64,000 nucleotides of DNA from Deinococcus sp. Its GTDB lineage: Bacteria; Deinococcota; Deinococci; Deinococcales; Deinococcaceae. The position numbers and the translations under genes are program-made. The notes beneath the pieces are model-generated. The model worked only from the letters and a program-made list of their open reading frames with translations. It made no database searches and had not been told where the DNA came from. Positions 30,966 through 41,796 of the stretch are shown here, piece after piece; within the stretch, counting starts at the first letter, position 1, and each line of letters opens with the position of its first letter. The stretch spans positions 224,001-288,000 of the forward strand of contig OZ253376.1 in assembly GCA_965261005.1 (NCBI GenBank). Direction: 5' to 3'.

Positions 30966-33280
30966 CCGCCACCAAGCCCCCCGCCGACCCCCCGGCCCTG
31001 CAAGTGCTCGGCGGCGCCATCGGACGTCCGATGAACCGGGTGGACGGCCCCGACAAGGTCACCGGCGCCGCCACCTACGCCGCCGAGTACGACCTGCCCA
31101 ACCTGGCGCACGCCGCGCTGGTCACGTCCTCGGTCGCCAGCGGCAGGGTGCGCCGCATGGACACGGCCGCCGCCGAGGCGGTGCCGGGCGTGCTGCGGGT
31201 CCTGACCCACCAGTCGCCGGACGTGCGGCTGAGGCCGCTGGAGGCCGCCTACCCCAAGAGCACCTCGGGGACCGCCCTGCTGCCGCTTCAGACCGACGAA
31301 ATTCAGCAGCGCGGCCAAGTCGTGGCGGTCGTGGTGGCGGGCACGCTGGAACAGGCCCAGCACGCCGCCACCCTCGTCGAGGTGGAGTACGACCCGTCGC
31401 CCGCCATCGGCACGCTGGGAGCCAGCTTGAACAGCGGCCGGGACGACCTGAAAGAGCCGGTCGAGGACGCGGCCTACCAGCGGGGCGACGCCGAGGGGGA
31501 ACTCGCACAAGCCGAGGTGCGCTTGGAGGCGACCTACACCACCCCGCAGGAGAACCACAACCCGATGGAGTTGCACGCCACCACGGCGGTGTGGGACAGC
31601 GAGACGCACCTGACGGTCTACGAGCCGAGCCAGTGGATTCTGGCCCCGCAGCATACCCTCGCGCACCACTTCGGCCTCGGGCCGGAGCAGGTGCGGGTGG
31701 TCTCGCCCTACATCGGCGGCGGCTTCGGCAGCAAGGCGGCCACCTGGTCCCATTTGCCCCTCGCGGCGCTGGCGGCGAGGCTGGTGAAGCGCCCGGTCAG
31801 GCTCTCGCGCACCCGCGCGCAGATGTTCGCCGGGGTTGGCTACCGGCCCGCCACCGTGCAGCGCTATCAGCTGGGCGCCTCAAAGGACGGCAAAGTCAAA
31901 GCCCTTACGCTGCACGCCGATACCCAGGCCGGCATGAACAACAGCTTTCCCGAGCAGGTCGCCAACATCGTCGAGATGCTCTACGACATTCCCAACATGC
32001 AGGTCTCGCAGCAGCTCGCCCGCACCCACGCCGGCGAGGGCATCATGATGCGCGCCCCCGGCGAGGCCAGCGGCTCCTTCGGCTTGGAAAGCCTGATGGA
32101 CGAGTTGGCCCACGAACTGGGGCTGGACCCCCTGGAATTGCGGCTGCGCAACTACGCCGAGACCGACCCGGAAAGCGGAAATCCCTACAGCAGCAAGCTG
32201 CTGCGCGCGTGTTACGAGCGGGCCGCCGAGCAGTTCGGCTGGTCGCGGCGCACCCCCGAACCCGGCAGCATGCGCGACGGGAACACCCTGATCGGCTGGG
32301 GCATGGCGACCGTCAGCTATCCGGTGTTCGCTTCGCCCGCCACCGCCCGCGCCCGCATCTTTGGGGACGGCCGCGCCGAGATCGAGGCGGGGTCGCAGGA
32401 CATCGGCACCGGCACCTACAGCATTCTGACCCAGATTGCCGCCGACGGCTTCGGCGTGCCCCCCGAACAGGTCACGGTCTTGCTGGGCGACACCAACTAC
32501 TCCAAGAACGCCTACTCGGGCGGCTCGCGCACGGCGGCCAGCGTCGGGGACGTCGTGATGGCCGCCTCGCTGGCGGCGAGAGCGGAACTCGCGCGCTTGG
32601 CGGTGGACGATCAGCAGTCGGTCCTGCGCGGCCTCAATCCGGACGACTTGGACGCGCGGGACGGCCGCCTTTTCTCGAAGACGGACCCCAGCCGGGGCGA
32701 GACCTTCGGCAACCTGCTGGCCCGCGCGGGGCGCAACCATCTTGAGGTCTACCGCGAACTAGTGCCCATCGGCGGCGACCGTGAGAAGCTGGACGGGATG
32801 ATGCGGGCCAAGAACGCCTCGGTGCCGGCGGACGCGGCGGGGTACGCCCGCCACAGCTTCGGGGCCGTCTTCGTGGAGGTGAGGGTGGACCCGGACTTCG
32901 GCACGGTGCGGGTGTCGCGCATGGTGGGCGTTTACGACATCGGGCGGGTGCTGAACCATAAGACGGCCGAAAGTCAATTGATCGGCGGCATGATCTGGGG
33001 CGTCAGCATGGCGCTCTTCGAAAAGACCGACGTGGACCCGCAGACCGGCTTGGTCCTCAACGCCGACCTCGCGGAGTACCTGCTGCCGGTGAACGCCGAC
33101 GTCGGTGAGGTGAGGGTCACGCTGCTGGACGTGCCCGACACCAAGGCCAGCCGCCTCGGGGCGCGCGGTGCGGGGGAGATCGGCGCGGTGGGCGGCGCCG
33201 CCGCCGTCGCCAATGCGGTGTGGCACGCGACCGGCAAGCGGGTGCGCGACCTGCCCATCACGGCGGACAAGCTGCTGTGA
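30962..33280 (+). CDS. Xanthine dehydrogenase-family molybdopterin subunit (PaoC/YagR-like)
   Basis: RVDGPDKVTG, HNPMELH, GGGFGSK, MRAPGE and GAGEIG. Confidence 0.93.
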   Translation: MTATKPPADPPALQVLGGAIGRPMNRVDGPDKVTGAATYAAEYDLPNLAHAALVTSSVASGRVRRMDTAAAEAVPGVLRVLTHQSPDVRLRPLEAAYPKSTSGTALLPLQTDEIQQRGQVVAVVVAGTLEQAQHAATLVEVEYDPSPAIGTLGASLNSGRDDLKEPVEDAAYQRGDAEGELAQAEVRLEATYTTPQENHNPMELHATTAVWDSETHLTVYEPSQWILAPQHTLAHHFGLGPEQVRVVSPYIGGGFGSKAATWSHLPLAALAARLVKRPVRLSRTRAQMFAGVGYRPATVQRYQLGASKDGKVKALTLHADTQAGMNNSFPEQVANIVEMLYDIPNMQVSQQLARTHAGEGIMMRAPGEASGSFGLESLMDELAHELGLDPLELRLRNYAETDPESGNPYSSKLLRACYERAAEQFGWSRRTPEPGSMRDGNTLIGWGMATVSYPVFASPATARARIFGDGRAEIEAGSQDIGTGTYSILTQIAADGFGVPPEQVTVLLGDTNYSKNAYSGGSRTAASVGDVVMAASLAARAELARLAVDDQQSVLRGLNPDDLDARDGRLFSKTDPSRGETFGNLLARAGRNHLEVYRELVPIGGDREKLDGMMRAKNASVPADAAGYARHSFGAVFVEVRVDPDFGTVRVSRMVGVYDIGRVLNHKTAESQLIGGMIWGVSMALFEKTDVDPQTGLVLNADLAEYLLPVNADVGEVRVTLLDVPDTKASRLGARGAGEIGAVGGAAAVANAVWHATGKRVRDLPITADKLL

Positions 33281-33358
33281 GCGCGGGGCGATGAAGCCGC
33301 GCCTCATCCGGCGCCCCGGTCGGGCGCCTTATGCTCGGTCGGTGCGGCAGGAGCGAAG

Positions 33359-34438
33359 GTGAACGAGGCCCTGGACTTGTTTTTGGCCGACCACGCGCGG
33401 CTCTCGGACGGCGGCCCCGCCGTGCTGGCCACCTTGATCGCCACGCGCGGCGCCGCCTCGTCCAAGCTGGGCGCCAAGCTGTGGATTACGGAAGGCGGGA
33501 CCATGCGCGGCAGCCTCACCCTCGGTAGCTGCACCGAGGGCTTTGTTCGCCGCGAGGCGGAGGCGGTGGCGCGCGGCGGCGGGTCTTCGCGTCTGCTGGT
33601 CGCCTTGGGGGACGGCGAACACTTCGACTTGGGCATGAGCTGCACCGGCCACATCGAGGTGCTGCTGGAGCGGGTGGACTTCGGCGCCCCGACCGGTCCC
33701 TCGTCCGTGTGGGCGCGCGCCGCAGCCCTGCGCGCCGCCGGGCGCCCGGCGGTGCTGATCGCGCCCCTGTCGGGCGGGCCGGGGCGCTGTGTGCTGGAGG
33801 AGGATGGGCGCGTGACGGCCTTGGGCATGGCCCTGCCGGGCGAGGCCGCGCGCGAGCGGGCGCTGGCGCTGTTCGGGGGCGCTGAGGCGACCCAGCTGAT
33901 CGAGACGCCGGAGGGCGCCTTTTTCCTGGAGCGCTGGGATCCGCCCGAAAAGCTGTTGATCGTGGGGGCTGGCCCCATCGCCGAGCCGCTCGCGCGGCTC
34001 GGCAAGACGCTGGGCTTTCATGTGACGGTGGTGGACGGCCGCCCGGAATTGCTGGAGCGCGGGCGCTTTCCTGAAGCGGACGTGCTGCGCGGCAGCTTGC
34101 CGGACGGCACGCTGGACGTGCCCGTTTGCGACGCGCACACCCATGTCGTGATCGCCGTTCACAACTACGGCCATGAGGTGCCGGTGCTGGAGCGGGTGCT
34201 GGCCAGCCCCGCCCCCTACGTCGCCATGATCGCCGGACGGCGGCGGGGGCGCGCGGTGCTGGACTTTCTGGCCCTGACCGGCGTGGCCCCCACCCAACTC
34301 GCGCGGGTGCGCACGCCGGCCGGGCTGGACCTCGGCGCGTCCTCGCCGGCGGGCATCGCCCTGAGCGTCCTGAGCGAGATCGTCGGGGTCGCGCACGGCC
34401 GGGTCGGCGGGCCGCTCACCTTGCCCTGCGCCCTCTGA
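33359..34438 (+). CDS. XdhC/CoxI Moco chaperone
   Basis: GSCTE, GMSCTGHIEV and RTPAGLDLGASSP. Confidence 0.88.
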   Translation: MNEALDLFLADHARLSDGGPAVLATLIATRGAASSKLGAKLWITEGGTMRGSLTLGSCTEGFVRREAEAVARGGGSSRLLVALGDGEHFDLGMSCTGHIEVLLERVDFGAPTGPSSVWARAAALRAAGRPAVLIAPLSGGPGRCVLEEDGRVTALGMALPGEAARERALALFGGAEATQLIETPEGAFFLERWDPPEKLLIVGAGPIAEPLARLGKTLGFHVTVVDGRPELLERGRFPEADVLRGSLPDGTLDVPVCDAHTHVVIAVHNYGHEVPVLERVLASPAPYVAMIAGRRRGRAVLDFLALTGVAPTQLARVRTPAGLDLGASSPAGIALSVLSEIVGVAHGRVGGPLTLPCAL

Positions 34439-34440
34439 GC

Positions 34441-35046
34441 GTGGGTGGCGCGCCGGTGACGGCGCTGGTCCTGGCGGCGGGGGCGGCGCGCCGCTTCGGG
34501 CCGCCCAAGCAGCTCGCCCAGTTGGGCGGGCAGCCGCTGGTTCGCCGCGCCGCCCGGTGCGCCCTCGACTCGGGCGCGGGAAGCGTGCTGGTCGTGCTCG
34601 GCCGGGCGGGGGGCGAGGTCCGGCGGGCGCTCCACGGTCTGCCGCTCAATTGTGTGGTCAACCCCCACTTTGGGGCGGGCCTGAGCACATCGCTGCGCGC
34701 CGGCTTGGAAGCGCTGCCCCCGGACCACGCGGCGCTGGTGTTCCTGGGCGACCAGCCGGACGTGCCGGCCACCGCGGCGCGGGCGGTGGTCGCCGCCTAC
34801 CGGGCGTCGGACCGGCCCATCGTCCTGCCCATTTACAACGGCGTGCCGGGCCACCCGGTCCTGTTCGGGCCGGAACTGCGCGGGGAGTTGCTGGCGGTGC
34901 GCGGGGATGAGGGCGCGCGCGCGGTCGTCGCGCGCGACCCGGCGCGCCTGGAGCGCGTTCACCTCCCCCTGGACGCCCCACGCGACATTGACACCGTGGC
35001 CGATGTGCGGGAATGGACGCGGCGGGAAGCGGAAGACGCCGGCTAG
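34441..35046 (+). CDS. Molybdenum cofactor cytidylyltransferase (MocA-like)
   Basis: LAAGAARRFG, LGDQP, GHPVLF and DIDT. Confidence 0.88.
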   Translation: MGGAPVTALVLAAGAARRFGPPKQLAQLGGQPLVRRAARCALDSGAGSVLVVLGRAGGEVRRALHGLPLNCVVNPHFGAGLSTSLRAGLEALPPDHAALVFLGDQPDVPATAARAVVAAYRASDRPIVLPIYNGVPGHPVLFGPELRGELLAVRGDEGARAVVARDPARLERVHLPLDAPRDIDTVADVREWTRREAEDAG

Positions 35047-35054
35047 AACAAAGC

Positions 35055-35077
35055 GGCCCCGCAACAGTGCGGGGCCG
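35055..35077. terminator. Hairpin after mocA-like gene
   Basis: CGGCCCCGCA-ACAG-TGCGGGGCCG. Confidence 0.5.
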
Positions 35078-35130
35078 GTCCTGCCGTCAGCACCGCCCAA
35101 GTTCAGGCGAGAGGCGAGGGCCTACAAGCC

Positions 35131-35189
35131 TCATACGGATTCCGGAAAGTCAGTCAACGAAGTTGAGGAAGGAAGCGGAATCCGTATCA
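35131..35189. repeat. Small non-coding palindromic repeat (ATACGGATTCCG family)
   Basis: ATACGGATTCCG...CGGAATCCGTAT; overlaps the stop codon of the aldehyde dehydrogenase and is related to 45687-45822. Confidence 0.75.
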
Positions 35190-36779
35190 GGCCGTCAGAG
35201 GATTTGATGTCCAGACGCCGTCGATATAGCGCTGAAGGCCCAGCGGATTGGCGTCCCTGAGTTCCTCGGGCAGGCGGCCGTCACGCACGTGATCGAAGCT
35301 CTGAAGCGCGGCGAAGCGCGTCATGGCGGCGGGCAAACCGACGCTGGTAAATCCAGGATGGGTGGTGGCGGGAAAGGGTCCCCCGTGCTGCTGCGCCGCA
35401 CTGACGGCCACGCCGGTGGGCATGCGGTCGTTGAGGAGCCGCCCCACCCGGACCCGCAGCAGTGGGGCCAGCGCGTCGTAGAGGGGGTCGTCCGCGCCAT
35501 CGGCCGCGCTGTAAAGGGTCCCGGTCAGGTTGCCCTCCAAGGTGGAGAGCGCGGCCCGAAAGCCCTCCAGCCCGCGCACCAGCACGACCAGACACACCGG
35601 ACCGAACGCCTCTTGCCCCAGCACCTGCGAATTCCGAACCATGACCTCGCCCGGAACGCTCAGCAGGGTGGGGGGGAAGCGGAATCCCGGCCCCGTGGCG
35701 TGGCCACCCGTTTCTATGCGCGCCCCAGCACCTTGCAGCCGTCCCACCACCTCTTCCAGATGCGGCGGCGCTTCCTGCGTGAAGAGCGCGCCCGGCGGGG
35801 ACGCCGCGAAGCGCCGGGCAACCGCCGCGACGAACTGCTGACCGGCGTCGTCGTCCGGCGCGAACACCAGCCCCGGATTGGTGCAGAACTGGCCGCTGCC
35901 CAGCGTGCAGGACATGAACAGTTCATCCGCCACGGCTTCGAGCCGTTCGCGCAAGGCTCCGGGCAGGACGACCACTGGATTGACGCTCGACAGCTCACCG
36001 TAAAAGGGAACGGACTGTGCGTCCGCCGCCACCTTGAGGGCCAGGCCGCCCGCGCGGCTGCCGGTAAAGGCGGTGGCCGCCACGCGCCGGTCGCTCACCA
36101 ATTGCCGGCCCAGCTCGGGAGGCAGGTGGTAGAGCATTTGAACCGTCCCGGCGGGCAGGCCCGGCGTGGCCCGCGCCGCCTCCAGAGCATGCTGGGCCAG
36201 CAGGCGCGACGTTCCAGGATGGGCCGGATGGGCCTTGGCGATCACCGGCAGCCCCGCCGCAATGGCTGCGGCGAAGTCGCCGCCGGACACGGCGTTAAAG
36301 GCGAAAGGAAAGTTGTTGGGACCGAAGACGACGGCCGCCCCCTGCATTGGGCCAAACATCGAGCGCAGCCCCAGCCGGGTGTCGATGGTCGGCCTGACCC
36401 ACGAGCGTTCCCGGGCGCACTGCGCCGCCAAACGAAGCTGACCGGTGGTCCGTGGCAGCTCGTTTTGCAGCAGCCGCGCCGTGAGGGGCAGCGCGGTTTC
36501 CCGGTGGGCCGTGCGGGTCAGGGCGTCGGCGTCGGCATCGAGATAATCGGCGAAGCGTTCCAGGAACGCGGCCCGCACCTCGGCGGGAACCGTCTGCAAG
36601 GCGGCAGTCGCCTGCTCGGCGGCGGCCAGAACGGCTTCCAGATCGGCCGCTCCCGAGACTGGATACTCGCCCGGCAGCGTCTCGCCCGTCTGCGGATCGA
36701 AAGCCGTGAAGGTGCTGCCCGTGTCAAGGGAGGGTTGCCAGGCCCCACCCACCGCCACGGGAAAGACGTCGGCGGGCAC
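35187..36779 (-). CDS. Aldehyde dehydrogenase, alpha-ketoglutaric semialdehyde dehydrogenase type
   Basis: FGPNNFPFAF, GGDFAAA, KAHPAHP, GQFCTNPG and HGGPFPAT. Confidence 0.88.
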   Translation of the reverse strand: MPADVFPVAVGGAWQPSLDTGSTFTAFDPQTGETLPGEYPVSGAADLEAVLAAAEQATAALQTVPAEVRAAFLERFADYLDADADALTRTAHRETALPLTARLLQNELPRTTGQLRLAAQCARERSWVRPTIDTRLGLRSMFGPMQGAAVVFGPNNFPFAFNAVSGGDFAAAIAAGLPVIAKAHPAHPGTSRLLAQHALEAARATPGLPAGTVQMLYHLPPELGRQLVSDRRVAATAFTGSRAGGLALKVAADAQSVPFYGELSSVNPVVVLPGALRERLEAVADELFMSCTLGSGQFCTNPGLVFAPDDDAGQQFVAAVARRFAASPPGALFTQEAPPHLEEVVGRLQGAGARIETGGHATGPGFRFPPTLLSVPGEVMVRNSQVLGQEAFGPVCLVVLVRGLEGFRAALSTLEGNLTGTLYSAADGADDPLYDALAPLLRVRVGRLLNDRMPTGVAVSAAQQHGGPFPATTHPGFTSVGLPAAMTRFAALQSFDHVRDGRLPEELRDANPLGLQRYIDGVWTSNPLTA

Positions 36780-37586
36780 TCAGACCACCGCCACGGGGTT
36801 GGCCAGCACGCCCAGCCCCTCGATCTCGATGCGGACCACGTCGCCCGCACGCAGGCTGAACTCCTCGGGCGGCACGATGCCGGTGCCGGTCAGCAGCACC
36901 GCGCCGACCGGGAAGCGTTGCGAGCGGAACAGATAACCCGCCAGGTCTTTGGGCCGCCGCTGAAGCTGGGCGGTGCTGGTCTCTCCCCGGAAGACGCGCT
37001 GGCCCTGACGCCCGATCTCCAGCGTGATCTTCAGATCCTGCGGCGTGGACACCTCGTCCGCCGTGATCAGGTGCGGCCCCAAGCCCAGGCAGCGGTCGTA
37101 CACCTTGGCCTGCGGCAGGTACAGCGGATTCTCGCCCTCGATGTCGCGGCTGGACATGTCGTTGCCGACGGTGTACGCGACGATTTCCCCCCTCGCGTCG
37201 AGAATCAGCGCCAGTTCCGGCTCCGGCACGTTCCAGCGGGCGTCCCCCCGGATGCCCACCACCTCGCCAGGATCGGCGGCGCGGTTGGCCGTCGCCTTGA
37301 AGAACAGCTCGGGCCGCTCGGCGGTGTAGACGCGCTCGTAGACGTCGGCCACCTGCGACTCGTGTTCGCGGGCCTCGCGGCTGCGGCGGTAGGTCACGCC
37401 CGAGGCCCACACCTCCTGGGTGTCGAGGGGGGCCAGGAGTTTGCCCGCCACAACGTCTCCCCCGGTCCCCAGCTCGTGCGCGCCGGAGAGCCAGCCGTCC
37501 AGGCCGTGGTCCAGCAGGTGATACTGGCCGCTTCGCCACTCGGCCCAGCGTGGTTGTCCGTCGATACTAAGTTTGGCAAGTCTCAT
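36780..37586 (-). CDS. Fumarylacetoacetate-hydrolase family (2-keto-3-deoxy-pentonate dehydratase-like)
   Basis: [23 protein letters not shown] and [21 protein letters not shown]. Confidence 0.88.
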   Translation of the reverse strand: MRLAKLSIDGQPRWAEWRSGQYHLLDHGLDGWLSGAHELGTGGDVVAGKLLAPLDTQEVWASGVTYRRSREAREHESQVADVYERVYTAERPELFFKATANRAADPGEVVGIRGDARWNVPEPELALILDARGEIVAYTVGNDMSSRDIEGENPLYLPQAKVYDRCLGLGPHLITADEVSTPQDLKITLEIGRQGQRVFRGETSTAQLQRRPKDLAGYLFRSQRFPVGAVLLTGTGIVPPEEFSLRAGDVVRIEIEGLGVLANPVAVV

Positions 37587-38380
37587 GGCGTCTCCTGTTC
37601 GGGTGGATTGAACTGAAAGAGGCTGGCCCCGCCGTCGAGCAGCAGCGTCGCGCCGGTCATATAGGCGGCGTCCCCGGAGGCGGTGAAGCGCACCGCGTGG
37701 GCCACCTGCTCCGCCGTGCCGAGCGCCCCCAGCGGCACCACCCGCGCGATTCGCGCCGCGTACTGCGGTTCGGTCTGAAGCTGGCGTCCGGCCAGTCCGG
37801 CGGCCACGATGCCGGGCGCAACGATGTTGACCCGGATGCCGTGGGGGGCCAGCTCCAGGGCCATGACCCGCGCCAGCATCTTCAGCCCACCTTTGCTGGC
37901 GCAGTACGGGCCGTCTTCCGGCCACGGCACGTCCTGCACCCACGAGCCGGTGAAGACGATCCGGCCTGCTTCCCCGGCCCGCACCATCTGACGGGCGACG
38001 GCCTGCGCCACGTGGAAGCCGCCGGTGAGGTTGGTGTCGATGTGCCAGGTCCAGTCGTCCTCGCTCACGTCCAGGAACGGGACGCCGCGGACCACCCCGG
38101 CGTTGGCGCACAGCACCTGCACGCCCCCGAAAGCCTCAACGGCGGCGTCCACCCAGGCGTCCACCTCGGCGCGGCGGCGGATGTCCGCGGCGCGGTACAG
38201 GGCCTGGCCCCCGGCGGCGTCCACCTCGGCGCGCCACCTGGCAGCTTCCGGTCCAGCCGCGTCGCGAAGGTCGCAGCCCACCACGTTGGCCCCGCGCGAA
38301 GCGAATTCCAGGCTGATGGCCCACCCCAAATCGCCGAGCGCGCCGCTGACCAGGACGGTCTGACGCTGAAACTCGCTCAC
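37583..38380 (-). CDS. SDR oxidoreductase
   Basis: [12 protein letters not shown] and YCASKGG. Confidence 0.9.
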   Translation of the reverse strand: MSEFQRQTVLVSGALGDLGWAISLEFASRGANVVGCDLRDAAGPEAARWRAEVDAAGGQALYRAADIRRRAEVDAWVDAAVEAFGGVQVLCANAGVVRGVPFLDVSEDDWTWHIDTNLTGGFHVAQAVARQMVRAGEAGRIVFTGSWVQDVPWPEDGPYCASKGGLKMLARVMALELAPHGIRVNIVAPGIVAAGLAGRQLQTEPQYAARIARVVPLGALGTAEQVAHAVRFTASGDAAYMTGATLLLDGGASLFQFNPPEQETP

Positions 38381-39153
38381 TTTGGCATCGCTCCTCTTAC
38401 GGTATAGCCGCCGTCCACCGGGTAGGCCCCGCCCGTGATGAAGCTGGCGTCGTCCGAGGCCAGAAAAGCGGCCAGCCGGGCCACCTCCTGCGGACGGGCG
38501 ATGCGGCCCAGCGGGTGAATCTCGTCGAAACCGCGCCGCGCGCGTTCGGGCTGATCCTGATGGGCCAGGTACGCGTCCAGGACGCCGGTGTCCACCGTCC
38601 CCGGCACGATGGCGTTGACCCGCACGCCCTGCGCCGCGTGGTCGATCGCCATGGCGCGGGTGAGCGCGAGAATGCCCCCTTTGCTGGCCGAGTACGCGGC
38701 GATGCCGGGGTTGCCCACCACCGCCACCACCGAGGCGGTGTTGACGATGGCCCCGCCGCCCGCCCGGATCAGGTGCGGCAGCACGGCGCGCGAGCAGCGG
38801 AACACGCCGCCCAAATTCACGTCCATCACCCGCTGCCAAACCTCGTCGCTGGTGGCGTCCACGGTACCTTCCGGCATGAATCCCGCGTTGTTGAAGAGGA
38901 CGCTGGGGGGGCCGAAGCGCTCCACGACGGCCTGCACCGCGCCGTTCACCTGCGCGGTGTTGGACACGTCGCAGCGCAGGGCCAGCGCGCGTTCGCTGCC
39001 GCCCTCCAAGCCCTCGGCGACCGGACGCGCGTCGGCCTGGTCGAGCAGGGCCACGCGCGCCCCCTCCTGCGCGAACAGCTCGGCGGCGGCCCGCCCGATC
39101 CCGCTGGCCGCGCCGGTCACGATCACCACCCGTCCCCCAAAGCGGGCCGTCAT
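38377..39153 (-). CDS. SDR oxidoreductase
   Basis: TGAASGIG, NNAG and YSASKGG. Confidence 0.92.
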   Translation of the reverse strand: MTARFGGRVVIVTGAASGIGRAAAELFAQEGARVALLDQADARPVAEGLEGGSERALALRCDVSNTAQVNGAVQAVVERFGPPSVLFNNAGFMPEGTVDATSDEVWQRVMDVNLGGVFRCSRAVLPHLIRAGGGAIVNTASVVAVVGNPGIAAYSASKGGILALTRAMAIDHAAQGVRVNAIVPGTVDTGVLDAYLAHQDQPERARRGFDEIHPLGRIARPQEVARLAAFLASDDASFITGGAYPVDGGYTVRGAMPK

Positions 39154-39938
39154 GTGCCGGCCCCGCAAATCCACACCTCGCCGTAGGCCATCAGCCTCGC
39201 CCCGGCTTCCGGCGCGTGGCCCCGCAGCGCTTCAAGAAACTCCGAGGGATCGGCGGTGTTGGCGGGCAGCAGCCCGTAGTGCATCGGCACGATTCGCCGC
39301 GCCCCGCTGTCCGCCGCGTACTGGGCGGCGTCGGTCCCGTCCATGTTGCCCCAGCGTCCGTTGATGGGGGTCAGCAGCACGTCGGGGGCGCAGCCGCGCA
39401 CCTCGGTTGCCACCTCGGGCCGGTAGGTGGTGTCGGCGGCGTCGAGAATTCGCACGCCGCCCAGCTCCAGCAGCACGCTGATGGCGTCGGGGGTGGGGGC
39501 GCTGGGATGCATGTGGTCGGCGTGCAGCGCGCGCAGGTGGACCCCGCAGACCTCCAGTTCGTCCCCAGCCTCCAAGCGCTGGCAGCGTGACGCGGCCACG
39601 CCCAGAGTGCGGGCGTGGTCCAGGCAGGTCTGCGGCCCCACGAAGACCGCCCCGGCGTGTTCGGCGAGCGCCGGGATGGTGTCGGGATCGACGTGATCCA
39701 GGTGATCGTGGGTGAGGACCACCACCTCCGCCCGCACCGCCGACGGCTCGACGGGGGGCGCGAACCAGCGTCGCCAGCCGAGGCGCGGTTCCAGGCCGTT
39801 GGACAGGTAGGGGTCGATGTAGACGCGCACGTTCTCGGCCGTTCGCAGCGCGAAGCTGGCTTGACCGAGCCACCCCAGGGCCACCTGCCCGGCGGACAGC
39901 GGGACCGCCCCGAAACGGTCCAGAAACGCCGCGCTCAC
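39150..39938 (-). CDS. Metallo-beta-lactamase-fold hydrolase (UlaG-like lactonase)
   Basis: WLGQASF, IDPYLS, THDHLDH, PINGRWGNM and PMHY. Confidence 0.85.
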   Translation of the reverse strand: MSAAFLDRFGAVPLSAGQVALGWLGQASFALRTAENVRVYIDPYLSNGLEPRLGWRRWFAPPVEPSAVRAEVVVLTHDHLDHVDPDTIPALAEHAGAVFVGPQTCLDHARTLGVAASRCQRLEAGDELEVCGVHLRALHADHMHPSAPTPDAISVLLELGGVRILDAADTTYRPEVATEVRGCAPDVLLTPINGRWGNMDGTDAAQYAADSGARRIVPMHYGLLPANTADPSEFLEALRGHAPEAGARLMAYGEVWICGAGT

Positions 39939-41089
39939 GACGCGCCCCGCGGGTCGGCATTGAGCGTGGAGTCGGGCGTGAAGAAGTTCAGGTCGCGCGG
40001 TTGGTACGGATGGCGGTCGGCCACCGCGTGGTTGAGGGCCAGTCCCAGCCCCGGCCCGTCCGGTACGCGGGCCATGCCGCCGCGCACCTCGATGGGGGGC
40101 GCGCAGATGTCGTCGCGCCACGGCGCGTCGCCGTAGAAATACTCCAGCCAACCGAAATTCGGGGCGCAGGCGGCCAGTTGCAGGGTGATGGCGGTGCCCA
40201 CCGGCCCGGCCGCGTTGTGCGGACACACCGTCACGCCGTACGCCTCGGCCATCGCCGTGATCTTGCGCGCCTCGCTGAAGCCCCCGCAGTGCAGCACGTC
40301 GGGCTGGAGGTACTGCACCAGCTGTTCGCCCAGCAAATCGGCGAACTCCGCGCGGGTGGAGAGCCGTTCGCCGGCGGCCAGCGGCACCCGGCTTTTGGCG
40401 GCCACCGCCCGCAGCATGGTGGGGGTGTCGGGCGGGGTGGGTTCCTCGAACCAGGTGATGTCGAACTCGGCCAGCTTCTCGGCCAGCCGCAGGCCCGTGG
40501 CGGGGTTGAACCGTCCGTGGCCCTCGATCAGCAGTTGCACCCCGGGACCGACGGCCTCCCGGACGGCCCGGACGTTTTCCAGCGCGGCGCGTTCCTCGGG
40601 ACCCGAGATGGTCAGGTAGGCCAGGTCGAACGGGTCCCACTTCATGGCGGTGAAGCCGTCGTCCACCACCTTCACCGCCCGCGCCACCACGTCTTGCAGA
40701 TGCTCGGCCCCGAAATACCAGCCGTTGGCGTAGGCCGGAACCCAGGTCCGCACCGGCCCGCCCTGCAACCTATGAATGGGTACGCCCAGAGACTGGCCCA
40801 GCAGGTCCCACATGGCGATATCGAGTGCCCCCAGCGCCGTGTTCAGCACCGGCCCCTTGCGCCAGTAGGAGTCGCGGAACATCGCCAGCCAGTGGGTTTC
40901 GATGTGGGTCGGGTCCCGGCCGACCAGGTACCGCGAGAGGTCGGTCAACGCGCCCACCACGGCCTGCTCCTTGCCTTCCAAGGTGGCCTCGCCCAAGCCG
41001 ATCAACCCGTCGTCGGTGAGCACCTCCACAAAAACCCAGTTGCGCCATGCCCCAAAGACCACCTGCGGCCTGATGGCGGTGACCTTCAT
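39935..41089 (-). CDS. Enolase-superfamily sugar-acid dehydratase (DgoD-like)
   Basis: GLGEATLE, YANGW, KWDPF, EGHGR, WFEEP, GER and PHN. Confidence 0.88.
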   Translation of the reverse strand: MKVTAIRPQVVFGAWRNWVFVEVLTDDGLIGLGEATLEGKEQAVVGALTDLSRYLVGRDPTHIETHWLAMFRDSYWRKGPVLNTALGALDIAMWDLLGQSLGVPIHRLQGGPVRTWVPAYANGWYFGAEHLQDVVARAVKVVDDGFTAMKWDPFDLAYLTISGPEERAALENVRAVREAVGPGVQLLIEGHGRFNPATGLRLAEKLAEFDITWFEEPTPPDTPTMLRAVAAKSRVPLAAGERLSTRAEFADLLGEQLVQYLQPDVLHCGGFSEARKITAMAEAYGVTVCPHNAAGPVGTAITLQLAACAPNFGWLEYFYGDAPWRDDICAPPIEVRGGMARVPDGPGLGLALNHAVADRHPYQPRDLNFFTPDSTLNADPRGAS

Positions 41090-41781
41090 GACGGATCTCC
41101 GGTCAGGTTGGCGGGCGTGGGTTCCATGCGGGCGAACACCAGGTGCAGGTGCGCCTCGAAGGCCCGCACGGCGCGGGCGGCCGAACCGGATTCCAAGGCG
41201 TCGATCAGCGGCTGGTGGGTGTCGGCCACCTCAAGGGAATCCCGGAAGTACTGGTCGCGCGTGGCGAACAGGAAGCGCCGGACATGGGCGTCGGTCACGT
41301 CCCACAGGCGCAGCAGCAGGGTGTGTCCTGAACATTCCAGCACCGAGCGGTGAAAGCGAACGTCCGCGTCGATCAGGGCCGTGCGGTCCGAACGTCGCGC
41401 CGCCCGCCGCATCTCTCCCAGGATGGCGCGCAGCGCGCTGAGGTATTCCGGCCGCATGGCATCCAGCAGATGGACCACCGCCTGGCCCTCGATCACCGCC
41501 CGCACCTCGAAGATTTCGCGCATCTCGCTGAACGACAGGTCCGCTACCACCGCGCCCCGGTGGTTGCGCTGGATGATCAGCCCCTCGATGGCCAGCCGCT
41601 GCAACGCCTCGCGCACCGGGGCCTGCGAGACCCCCGCCTGTCGGGCGACGGCGAGTTCGATGATGCGTTCGCCCGGCGCGAGTTCGCCGGCGATGATTCG
41701 CTGACGCAGCTGCTGGAACAATTGCTCACGGAGCAATTCGGGTCTGACGGCGGATTCGATTTTGGCAGCAGTTGACGTCAC
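41086..41781 (-). CDS. GntR/FCD transcriptional regulator
   Basis: GELAPGERI, VSQAPVREAL and DVRFH. Confidence 0.92.
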   Translation of the reverse strand: MTSTAAKIESAVRPELLREQLFQQLRQRIIAGELAPGERIIELAVARQAGVSQAPVREALQRLAIEGLIIQRNHRGAVVADLSFSEMREIFEVRAVIEGQAVVHLLDAMRPEYLSALRAILGEMRRAARRSDRTALIDADVRFHRSVLECSGHTLLLRLWDVTDAHVRRFLFATRDQYFRDSLEVADTHQPLIDALESGSAARAVRAFEAHLHLVFARMEPTPANLTGDPS

Positions 41782-41796
41782 ATGACCTCCCCTTGG

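Noticed and set aside
29480..35046. Molybdoenzyme operon as a novelty
   Set aside because: It is a standard PaoABC/XdhC/MocA-type arrangement.
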